Assembly: GCA_041494705.1 (NCBI GenBank)
Contig: JBGQBI010000001.1
Location: 90,001 to 122,000 of the forward strand
DNA length: 32,000 nt
Direction: 5' to 3'
Origin: Candidatus Methanoperedens sp.
GTDB taxonomy: Archaea; Halobacteriota; Methanosarcinia; Methanosarcinales; Methanoperedenaceae
A program made the translations under genes and the position numbers. Shown here in pieces: positions 7,119-14,735 of this stretch; position 1 is the stretch's first letter, and each line of letters begins with the position of its first letter. The notes under the pieces are model-generated. The model saw only the letters and a list, made by a program, of their open reading frames with translations. It had not been told where the DNA came from and did not search any database.

Positions 7119-8081
7119 ATGGAGTTAGACGAATCTCAATTCTATAATCAACTGCTGGATTACAACAACATCCTTTACTTATGCCACAGGAATGCCGACC
7201 CTGACGCCCTGGGAAGCGCATTTGCGTTAAAAGAAGCTGTCGGAGGCACAATTGGCGTCGTGGAAGGATGCGACAGGGTAGCGTCCCAGATTGCCAGGCA
7301 GTTAAATATCGAATTTGTTAACGAACCTAAAGGGGATTTCGACCTTGTTGTAGTGGTGGATACGTCCACGCCTGCACAATTGAACGATTATCCATTAAAA
7401 ACATATGCCGTTATCGACCATCATGCAACCACCTCCCTGAATGAAAAAGCGGCATTTTATCTTCACAGGAACAAGAGCTCAACAGCCGAGATTGTTCTTG
7501 ATGTTTTAAAGACCATGGGGGCGCCGATTATGAGGCGGGCTGCATTTGCCCTGATTTCCGGCATTATCACAGACACCGGCAATTTCAGGCATGCAACATC
7601 GGATTCGTTCAAGGCGGTAGCCGAATTGATTGAGTTAAGCGGTATCGAGTACAGTGAAGTAATGGACATGCTATCATCCGTCCCCCAGGATGTTTCCATG
7701 AGGATTGCATTCCTGAAAGCAGCCCAGCGCGCTGTGATTGAGAGGGTTGACGACTGGATTATTGTCACCTCGCGGGTCAGTTCGTTTGGCGGGGCTGCAG
7801 CTTCTGGTTTAATTTCAATCGGGGCGGATGTTGTATTTGTGGCGTCTAAACAGGATGATGTGGTCAAGGTGAGCGCCCGCGCAAGGAGAGAAGCCCAGAA
7901 TGCTGGCGTGAATCTTGCAAAATTGATGGAAGATATTAGCGTAAAATTCAACGGGACCGGGGGCGGGCATGAAGGCGCGGCTGGAATGGATGTGCGCGGG
8001 GAAACGGAAAATGTGCTGGCTGCTTGCGTGGAGTATGTTAAGAATTCACTTAAGAAAATCCCTGAGCTTGGACATGTTTGA
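7119..8081 (+). CDS. DHH-family phosphoesterase (NrnA-like)
   Basis: It carries HRNADPDALGSA, VIDHH and the DHHA1 motif GGGHEGAAG. Confidence 0.85.
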   Translation: MELDESQFYNQLLDYNNILYLCHRNADPDALGSAFALKEAVGGTIGVVEGCDRVASQIARQLNIEFVNEPKGDFDLVVVVDTSTPAQLNDYPLKTYAVIDHHATTSLNEKAAFYLHRNKSSTAEIVLDVLKTMGAPIMRRAAFALISGIITDTGNFRHATSDSFKAVAELIELSGIEYSEVMDMLSSVPQDVSMRIAFLKAAQRAVIERVDDWIIVTSRVSSFGGAAASGLISIGADVVFVASKQDDVVKVSARARREAQNAGVNLAKLMEDISVKFNGTGGGHEGAAGMDVRGETENVLAACVEYVKNSLKKIPELGHV

Positions 8082-8083
8082 AA

Positions 8084-8146
8084 AACCACAGAGAACGCAG
8101 AGGACACAGAGAAAAAAAATAACAACTCTCTGTGCCCTCCGTGGTT
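8084..8146. repeat. hairpin element B copy 1 (arms built of CACAGAG-type 9-mers)
   Basis: AACCACAGAGAACGCAGAGGACACAGAG..A-rich loop..CTCTCTGTGCCCTCCGTGGTT lies in the convergent 3' gap between the DHH and leuA-like genes. Confidence 0.85.
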
Positions 8147-8168
8147 AATTATCTGACGGGATTGAGAA

Positions 8169-9653
8169 TTAAACCTTGTCCCTTAAAAGCTGGTTGATTG
8201 CAGCCACAAGCGCTTCCACCGATGCCATTACAATATCCTCATTCGTGGCGCGCGCGGAAACAACCCTTCCTTTTTCATCCTCGACGCCTATTATTACTTC
8301 TGCAAGGGCATCCGAACCGCCAGTTATAGCCTCTATCCTGAAATCGCGCAATTTGACATTATAGTCCCCGAGGAGACTTGTTACCGTATTGAGCGCTGCA
8401 TCTACCGGCCCTACGCCGATATGAGCTCCTATACGCTCTTTCCCGTTCACAATCGCTTTTACGGTCGCAGTCGGGGTTATAATATTGCCAGTCATGACCG
8501 ACACTTCCTTCAGGATGATAGCCTGCTCGCCTTTTGAAGTGCTGCCCATTATTGATTCTGCAATCGCATACAGGTCGGCATCCGTAACGCGTTTTCCCTT
8601 GTCGCCTATATCTTTCAGGCGCTTCATTATAGCGTTTAGCTGCTCGTCCGTGGGATGGAGGCCGGCGAATTCAAGAGACTGTTTTACTGCATGCTTGCCT
8701 GCATGTTTCCCGAGTACGATGCGCCTCCTGTGACCCACCATCTCAGGCGTCATGACCCCGGGTTCGAAAGTATCGGTCCTCACAAGGACGCCGTGTGTGT
8801 GAATGCCTGACTCGTGGGCAAAAGCGTTTTCCCCTACAACCGGCATTGTTGGCGGCATACGGACTTTGGTCAGCCTTTCTACCAGATGCGAGGTCTCGAC
8901 AAGATATTGGGTTTTGATGTTGGTCTTTGCGCCGTACAATGAGTGCAATCCCATAACGGTCTCTGCGAGGTCGGCATTTCCTGCGCGTTCCCCGAGACCG
9001 TTTATCGTGACCTGCACCTGGCTTGCACCGGCTTCGACAGCGGCGAGGCTGTTCGCTACCGCAAGTCCGAAATCGTTGTGGCAGTGCACATCAATCGGTA
9101 TTTTCACGTTTGAGGCAATCTCACCGATAAGTTTAATCATAGCCGAGGGCACTATCACGCCTACAGTGTCTGGTACATTAATAATATCGCAATGCGCAGA
9201 TTCTACACCTTTATAGATTTTGAGCAGGTAATCAATATCTGTCCTTGTGGCATCCATGGCAGAGAACATGCATTTAACGCCATGGTCTTTTATGTATTCC
9301 ACGGCGTCTATCGCCATTTTATAGACTTCATCCCTGCTTTTTTTAATGGTCGATATCCTCTGGACATCAGATGTGGAGACAAATGTATGTATCATATCCA
9401 CATCGCAGTCAAGACACGTATCGATATCAGACTTGATGACACGCGCCAATCCGCATACCTGTAAATCCAGCCCGGAGCCGGCTATCCTTTTAACTGATGC
9501 CTTCTCTCCATCTGAAGACATCGGGAAACCGGCTTCAATGATATCAACGCCCAGTTTATCGAGCTGCTGCGCAATGAGGAGTTTCTCATCGTGGGTAAGC
9601 GATACCCCCGGAGTCTGTTCCCCGTCGCGAAGTGTAGTATCAAAAATGCTTAT
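8169..9653 (-). CDS. leuA: 2-isopropylmalate synthase family enzyme (LeuA-like; CimA or homocitrate synthase not excluded)
   Basis: It has HCHNDFGLAVANS, GERAGNA, the EAGFP motif and a C-terminal LeuA-type regulatory domain. The track starts at ATG 9521, but the frame is open up to TGA 9696-9698. That upstream stretch encodes ..KKISIFDTTLRDGEQTPGVSLTHDEKLLIAQQLDKLGVDIIEAGFP before that Met. No ATG/GTG/TTG lies in this stretch, so the start is set at ATA 9651-9653. Confidence 0.85.
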   Translation of the reverse strand: MSIFDTTLRDGEQTPGVSLTHDEKLLIAQQLDKLGVDIIEAGFPMSSDGEKASVKRIAGSGLDLQVCGLARVIKSDIDTCLDCDVDMIHTFVSTSDVQRISTIKKSRDEVYKMAIDAVEYIKDHGVKCMFSAMDATRTDIDYLLKIYKGVESAHCDIINVPDTVGVIVPSAMIKLIGEIASNVKIPIDVHCHNDFGLAVANSLAAVEAGASQVQVTINGLGERAGNADLAETVMGLHSLYGAKTNIKTQYLVETSHLVERLTKVRMPPTMPVVGENAFAHESGIHTHGVLVRTDTFEPGVMTPEMVGHRRRIVLGKHAGKHAVKQSLEFAGLHPTDEQLNAIMKRLKDIGDKGKRVTDADLYAIAESIMGSTSKGEQAIILKEVSVMTGNIITPTATVKAIVNGKERIGAHIGVGPVDAALNTVTSLLGDYNVKLRDFRIEAITGGSDALAEVIIGVEDEKGRVVSARATNEDIVMASVEALVAAINQLLRDKV

Positions 9654-9698
9654 TTTTTTGTTCCTAAGCGATTCAATTGTGTAAAAGACGATCCCTCA

Positions 9699-9855
9699 CG
9701 TTTGTCATGGTTATCGTATCTCAATAGCGTTTTATTGTATAAAGGCTTTTTCTATGATTGTCCAAACAATATTATTATATTATACGATTTAACAATCGAA
9801 TTGTAGAAAAGTATATATATTATAAAAGAAGATTTTTAGAATAGCCAGAGGGATT
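9699..9855. promoter_or_regulatory. AT-rich divergent promoter region (leuA-like / DUF2551 genes)
   Basis: There are several TATA-like tracts, e.g. gtatatatattataaaag about 35 nt upstream of the 9856 start. Confidence 0.35.
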
Positions 9856-10179
9856 ATGATGGAGTCGCTAAAACTTAGAATAAAAAGACGCCTTGAGACA
9901 TATCTGGAGCTTGATATCGATGGTATCAGGAAATCTATAATAGATATATTGCTCAAATTTAAAAAAGTGACAGTAGACATGCTTTACAATGAACTCAGCC
10001 GCAAATTCAAAATTTCCTATAGCGCGGTCGGTTCAACATTGGGATATATCCATTCCAAACTCGGGATTCTTCATGCTTATAAGGAATCCTATAAAACACC
10101 AATTGTATATTCATTGAAAGAAGAATATGTAGATATAATAAAAAACGCATTGAATAAAAGCGTTATTAATCCATCATAG
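9856..10179 (+). CDS. DUF2551-like small winged-helix-type protein
   Basis: The pattern RLETYLELDIDGIRKSI..VGSTLGYIHSKLGILHAY..YSLKEEYVDIIK matches my recollection of Methanosarcinales DUF2551 proteins. Confidence 0.55.
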   Translation: MMESLKLRIKRRLETYLELDIDGIRKSIIDILLKFKKVTVDMLYNELSRKFKISYSAVGSTLGYIHSKLGILHAYKESYKTPIVYSLKEEYVDIIKNALNKSVINPS

Positions 10180-10714
10180 AATTAATTTCGTTATTTAGTT
10201 CTATGAACCTGTGGATTGTTTCGTCATCAAGCTTTTTTTTCCTTAAATTTTTGACCATCTCATCCGGAGTCCCTATTTTATTACCGAAAACAAGATTATC
10301 CGCGTGCGCGACTATTTTCTCTTCAATCGTAACAGGCATGTAATCCTTTTTGGGAAGTCCAAGACCCACCGCTTCTTCTTTTGGGATTCCGGCGCCGATA
10401 TGCCGTTCTATAATATTCACTAATTTATCACCCAGCCCATTTTCATTCGCTATCGCCGCGCCGGCAACCGCATGTCCTATACCATGCGTTTTTGACCTCC
10501 CGATGTCGTGAAGCAATCCTCCCAGATAGACTGCATCCATATCGATATCTATTGACTGCCCTTTTTTCCCTGCGCTTTTTCTTATGTTAATTGCAATTTG
10601 CCTGGCATATTCAGCCACAGTCTTGCAGTGCTCTATCACATCGTGTGGACACCCTGAACTTATAAGAAGCGCTATAGCGTCTTTTTCTTTCAGGTTTTGA
10701 TGGGAATCGCTCAT
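10166..10714 (-). CDS. HD-domain phosphohydrolase
   Basis: It has LLHDIGR, HGIGHAVAG and ERHIGAG motifs. The 3' end overlaps the convergent DUF2551 gene by 14 nt. Confidence 0.8.
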   Translation of the reverse strand: MSDSHQNLKEKDAIALLISSGCPHDVIEHCKTVAEYARQIAINIRKSAGKKGQSIDIDMDAVYLGGLLHDIGRSKTHGIGHAVAGAAIANENGLGDKLVNIIERHIGAGIPKEEAVGLGLPKKDYMPVTIEEKIVAHADNLVFGNKIGTPDEMVKNLRKKKLDDETIHRFIELNNEINSMMD

Positions 10715-11239
10715 TTAAACGGAAGCGCTTGAAATCGTTTCTTCAAGCTGGTTAATTCTTTGTTTCAGGGCTTTAATAACAGGTTCATTTTCCTGGTATT
10801 TCAATTCCCCGCCGCAGATAGGACATTTGAATTCCAGTTCGACCGCCGTTTCAAAAAGAAATCGCCCATCCTGTTTTTCGCATACATAAAATATTTTATC
10901 GTCCTCAAATTCAAGTTTCGTCTTAAGATTTTTCAGAAGTTTTTTGGATTCAAGCTCAAGCTGGTTGTTTAAATTGGACAGGTCAAGCTGCCATAAATAA
11001 GTCAGCCATCCGCTGTCCGTATCCCTTTCCCTGCGATAGATTGCAAGCCTGTTCTCATATAGGATGAATAGCGTACGCCTTACAATATTCAGTAACACGC
11101 CCGTCGCCAGGGCGATTTTTTCATCCGTGACTTCACCTTCGGGCATATTCGACACGACTTTAAACCCTTCTTCCCCGACGAGATTTATGAGATAGCCTTT
11201 AATAACCGGATCATCTAAAACAACCAAAAATATCACCAT
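10715..11239 (-). CDS. tfe: transcription factor E (TFE alpha)
   Basis: It has LDDPVIKGYLINLVGEEG..TDEKIA..LLNIVRRTLFILYENRLAIYRRERDTDSGWLTYLW and the Zn ribbon CPICGGEL. The ATG at 11239 is preferred over the track start at 11344. It abuts the HD gene with no gap. Confidence 0.8.
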   Translation of the reverse strand: MVIFLVVLDDPVIKGYLINLVGEEGFKVVSNMPEGEVTDEKIALATGVLLNIVRRTLFILYENRLAIYRRERDTDSGWLTYLWQLDLSNLNNQLELESKKLLKNLKTKLEFEDDKIFYVCEKQDGRFLFETAVELEFKCPICGGELKYQENEPVIKALKQRINQLEETISSASV

Positions 11240-11386
11240 CTTATTCTTGTTTTTATATGACTTTAAACTTCCGTCTTGTATAGAGTCGGTACATACATTC
11301 TTCCATAGACATTCAATTATTTTATTCGTATTTATACGAACCAAAATCCTTAATATGCCGCACAGCGTTTACATCAATTGTAAAAC

Positions 11387-11545
11387 ATGACACATTGTGC
11401 GAGAAGAAAAACGGCAGACAGATTGCACTGCACATTCAGTGCGATAATCGACATCCTCGAGATGGAAAACAACAGGGAACCGACAGCAGAGGAAGTAAAC
11501 AACCTGATATTTTCGATAGGTGACCGTGGAGCTTTAAACAAATAG
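11387..11545 (+). CDS. 52-aa ORF of unknown function upstream of mcrD
   Basis: It falls below the track cutoff. It reads MTHCARRKTADRLHCTFSAIIDILEMENNREPTAEEVNNLIFSIGDRGALNK and ends 8 nt before the mcrD start. I recognise no family. Confidence 0.25.
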   Translation: MTHCARRKTADRLHCTFSAIIDILEMENNREPTAEEVNNLIFSIGDRGALNK

Positions 11546-11553
11546 GAGATAAA

Positions 11554-12075
11554 ATGTTAAAAACTGCCACAACTGTAGAAAAACCCATCCAGATAAGAGT
11601 GTTTCCACAGCGATTATTAAAGCCCGCTACTGCTGAAAAAGTGTTAAATGAAATTGATCAGGTAGAGGGGGTAATAAGAATGCTCATCAATGGAAAAAAC
11701 CTGCCCAGGAAAGTGACATCAGGACCAGGTACTGGCACAGATGTAAACCATCCTGATAGAATAATCATTCACGTAGGCGACTGCGCATTAGAATTGCACA
11801 TAATGGTTGGAGAGATAGTGGTCGAAGTGGAAGATGAAGGCGCTGTTGAGAACGTCAGAAAAGCATGCGAGAATGTACTTCCCTTCTCATTTGAACTCAA
11901 GCGGGGGCACTTCATAAAGAGAAGACCGACGCTGACCGATTACGGCAAGTACGGGTTCAGGAGCAAAACCGATGAAAGTATCAATCTTGAAGACAATCGC
12001 ATGCTTGGCTTAATAGACCCGCATACAAAAGTGGAAGGCAACATCTGTGTAATCGGAACAGATGGAAAAAAATAA
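11554..12075 (+). CDS. mcrD: methyl-coenzyme M reductase operon protein D homologue (stand-alone)
   Basis: IQIRVFPQRLLKPATAEKVLNEI..LPRKVTSGPGTG..VNHPDR..LPFSFELKRGHFIK..TLTDYGKYG matches the McrD family pattern. GGAG lies 5 nt upstream of the ATG. Confidence 0.8.
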   Translation: MLKTATTVEKPIQIRVFPQRLLKPATAEKVLNEIDQVEGVIRMLINGKNLPRKVTSGPGTGTDVNHPDRIIIHVGDCALELHIMVGEIVVEVEDEGAVENVRKACENVLPFSFELKRGHFIKRRPTLTDYGKYGFRSKTDESINLEDNRMLGLIDPHTKVEGNICVIGTDGKK

Positions 12076-12208
12076 TATTATTCATTTTTGGAGGTTGTAA
12101 GTTACATTATTAATAATGAAGCTACGCATCGTTAAAAATCGAAATGTTTAAAACCAATTATACCTTCTAATTAAAAAAAGGTTATAAACCCCAAAGAAAC
12201 GCTGGTGG

Positions 12209-13243
12209 ATACAAACGAGTAACGTACAAGCCTGTTATCAGTGCGGTAAATGCACATCTATTTGCCCGATGCGCCGAGTTTCAAAGACTTCGCCGCGCAG
12301 TTCAATTTACAATTCCAATGTCTACGGACTTCTGACAAAAGATATATGGACATGCCTTACGTGCGGATTATGTCCACAGGAATGTCCGCAGCAGGTGGAT
12401 TTCTTAAGCTTCATAAAAGAAGAACGTGAGGGGGGACAGCCGCTTGATGTTGTGCATCTTGGCGTTTTCACCGAGCTTGCTGAACTGAGTTCAAAACTCA
12501 ACGGGAGCAAAATCGAGAAAACCAATGATTCAAAATACGGTTACTTCCCCGGATGCGTGGATTCGCTGGGCTTGTTCTTACACGATGTCAAAACAGATTT
12601 CGGGGAGATTACAACCTCATCGCTTAAACTCCTTGATAAACTCGACATCAAACCCCAGGTATTGCAGATGAAATGCTGCGGCCATGATGCCCTCTGGCAG
12701 GGGAAAAAGGATGTTTTTGACAGGCTTAAAAATTATAATACAAAATACCTGAAAGATAGCGGCATCGATACCCTTGTAACAAGCTGTGCTGAATGTTACC
12801 GAACTTTTTCAAAAGATTACGAGCTTGGAATCAAGGTTATCCATATCTCCGAGCTTCTTGATAAACTCGGATTGAAGATAAACGCTGAAGTAACGTACCA
12901 TGACCCGTGCAGGCTCGGGAGACACATGGGCATTTACGATGCGCCGCGAAATGCCCTGACCTCCAACGGCGTCGTACTGATAGAAATGGAACATTCAAAA
13001 GACAAAGCCCTGTGCTGCGGCGTCAGCAGCTTCATGAACTGCAACGAGCAAACAAAAGCCCTTCGCATAGCCAGAATGGATGAAGCGGCGGCGACAGGAG
13101 CAAATACGCTGATAACAACCTGTTCAAAATGCCTTGCGCACTTCAACTGCCTGAAGAGTGAAAAAGATGCAGTGAAGAAATATGATTTTGATGTTGTTGA
13201 TCTTACAGTATTCCTTGCACGGCAACTGGAGGCGGGCAAATGA
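12209..13243 (+). CDS. HdrD-like fused Fe-S / double CCG-domain protein (HdrC+HdrB-like fusion)
   Basis: It has CLTCGLCPQECP and two CCG-type domains (GYFPGC..CCGHD; YHDPC..CCG..TCSKC). The frame is open upstream of ATG 12269 back to TAA 12185-12187 and encodes the first cluster motif CYQCGKCTSICP. No ATG/GTG/TTG lies there, so the start is set at ATA 12209. Confidence 0.8.
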   Translation: MQTSNVQACYQCGKCTSICPMRRVSKTSPRSSIYNSNVYGLLTKDIWTCLTCGLCPQECPQQVDFLSFIKEEREGGQPLDVVHLGVFTELAELSSKLNGSKIEKTNDSKYGYFPGCVDSLGLFLHDVKTDFGEITTSSLKLLDKLDIKPQVLQMKCCGHDALWQGKKDVFDRLKNYNTKYLKDSGIDTLVTSCAECYRTFSKDYELGIKVIHISELLDKLGLKINAEVTYHDPCRLGRHMGIYDAPRNALTSNGVVLIEMEHSKDKALCCGVSSFMNCNEQTKALRIARMDEAAATGANTLITTCSKCLAHFNCLKSEKDAVKKYDFDVVDLTVFLARQLEAGK

Positions 13244-13806
13244 TTAAAACAAGCGAGCTTGACCCGAATTTCAAATATGAGATAGCTAATGAGCCTGGCG
13301 GCGAAAATATCAAACGCTGTTTTAACTGCACAGGCTGTACAGTAGGCTGCCCGGTCACGGAAATTGATAAAGGTTACAACCCTCGCAAGATAATCCGGAA
13401 AGCCCTGCTTGGGATGCGCAACGAAGTCCTGACAGATGACTCGCTCTGGCTCTGCGCTTCCTGCTACATCTGCTACGAGCGATGCCCGCAGGACGTGAAG
13501 ATAACCGAGGTCATGGGCGCGATAAGAGCCATTGCCCAGCGTGAGGCAAAAGCAGGAAAGATCAAGCTCAACAATCCAAAACCACTTTTTGATAATCTTT
13601 TCATCGACTCGGTCAAGAACAACGGAAGATGGTACGAAGCCGGAGTAAGCGGAATGTTCATGCTCAAGACAAAAGGAATTGGCGGCGTTATTGGTTACGC
13701 CCCGATGGGAATGGAATTGTTCAAGAAAGGGAAACTGAGTATCCTGCCACACAGTATAAAAGGCAAAGACCAGATTAAGCGAATATTCGAGGAAGTGGAG
13801 AAATGA
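13240..13806 (+). CDS. hdrC: heterodisulfide reductase subunit C
   Basis: It has CFNCTGCTVGCP and CASCYICYERCP. ATGA overlap with the upstream gene. Confidence 0.9.
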   Translation: MIKTSELDPNFKYEIANEPGGENIKRCFNCTGCTVGCPVTEIDKGYNPRKIIRKALLGMRNEVLTDDSLWLCASCYICYERCPQDVKITEVMGAIRAIAQREAKAGKIKLNNPKPLFDNLFIDSVKNNGRWYEAGVSGMFMLKTKGIGGVIGYAPMGMELFKKGKLSILPHSIKGKDQIKRIFEEVEK

Positions 13807-14735
13807 AACTTGCGTATTATCCGGGCTGCACGCTGCACGGAACGGCGCGGGAGTATGACGCATCCACAAAAGCAGTAAGCAAAGCAGCAGGTATTGAGCT
13901 TACCGAGATAGAGGACTGGAACTGCTGCGGCGCGCTTGAGGCTATTTTCGATAAGGAGCTGTCCATGGGGCTTTCAGCAAGGAATAACGTGCTGGCGCAA
14001 AAGACAGGGCTTGACCTTGTGGTTCCGTGCAGCATATGCTCGCATAATCTCTCAAGGGCCGATAAAGCCATGAAAACCGATGATGCTTTCAGGGCGAAGA
14101 TCGAAAAGGCACTTGGAGAAAGTTATAAAGGCGTTAAGATAAAACATCTTCTTGATGTCATGGTAAACGATGTTGGGACTGAGGCATTAGCCAAAAAGTT
14201 CGTAAAACCATTAAAAGGCATCAAAGCTGTGCCATACTACGGCTGTCTCCTTGTCCGCCCTTCCGAAGTATCCAGATTCGATAACCCGGAAAATCCGACA
14301 TCCCTTGATAATCTTATAAAAGCCACAGGCGCAGAATGTCTTCCTTTTACCCAGAAAACAAAATGCTGCGGCGGGAATCTACTGATGAGCAAACAGGATT
14401 ATGCGTTCATACTCACGAAGAAGCTGTTCGATGAAGCAAAAGCAGCAGGAGCGAATTGCATCGTGGTCGCATGTCCCATGTGCCACATGCTGCTTGACGG
14501 CCAGCAGTCGATGGTGGAGAAGGCGCATAATACCGTCATCGGATTACCAATACTTTATTTCACACAGCTTATTGGTCTTGCTATGGGACTGAGCGAGAAA
14601 GAGCTTGAACTTGACAAGAATATGGTCTCACCTAAAAGTCTTATCGAATCTATCGGAAAACAGGACGGAAAGAAAGTAGAAACTCAAATTGAAAATAAGG
14701 CAGAACCGAAAGCAGAAGAAGAGGTGGCTAAATGA
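13803..14735 (+). CDS. hdrB: heterodisulfide reductase subunit B
   Basis: It has two CCG domains (YYPGC..NCCGA; PYYGC..KCCGG..ACPMCH). ATGA overlap with the upstream gene. Confidence 0.9.
   Translation: MKLAYYPGCTLHGTAREYDASTKAVSKAAGIELTEIEDWNCCGALEAIFDKELSMGLSARNNVLAQKTGLDLVVPCSICSHNLSRADKAMKTDDAFRAKIEKALGESYKGVKIKHLLDVMVNDVGTEALAKKFVKPLKGIKAVPYYGCLLVRPSEVSRFDNPENPTSLDNLIKATGAECLPFTQKTKCCGGNLLMSKQDYAFILTKKLFDEAKAAGANCIVVACPMCHMLLDGQQSMVEKAHNTVIGLPILYFTQLIGLAMGLSEKELELDKNMVSPKSLIESIGKQDGKKVETQIENKAEPKAEEEVAK

Noticed and set aside
12934-13869. A 311-aa minus-strand ORF spans the hdrD-like/hdrC/hdrB junctions. Similar long antisense ORFs lie over the hdrA, mvhD and frhB-like genes (e.g. 15916..16287, 17185..17754, 17595..18032, 18239..18706, 20733..21179).
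   Set aside because: They lie antisense to genes with unmistakable Hdr/MvhD motifs and have low-complexity, motif-free translations. These are shadow ORFs.
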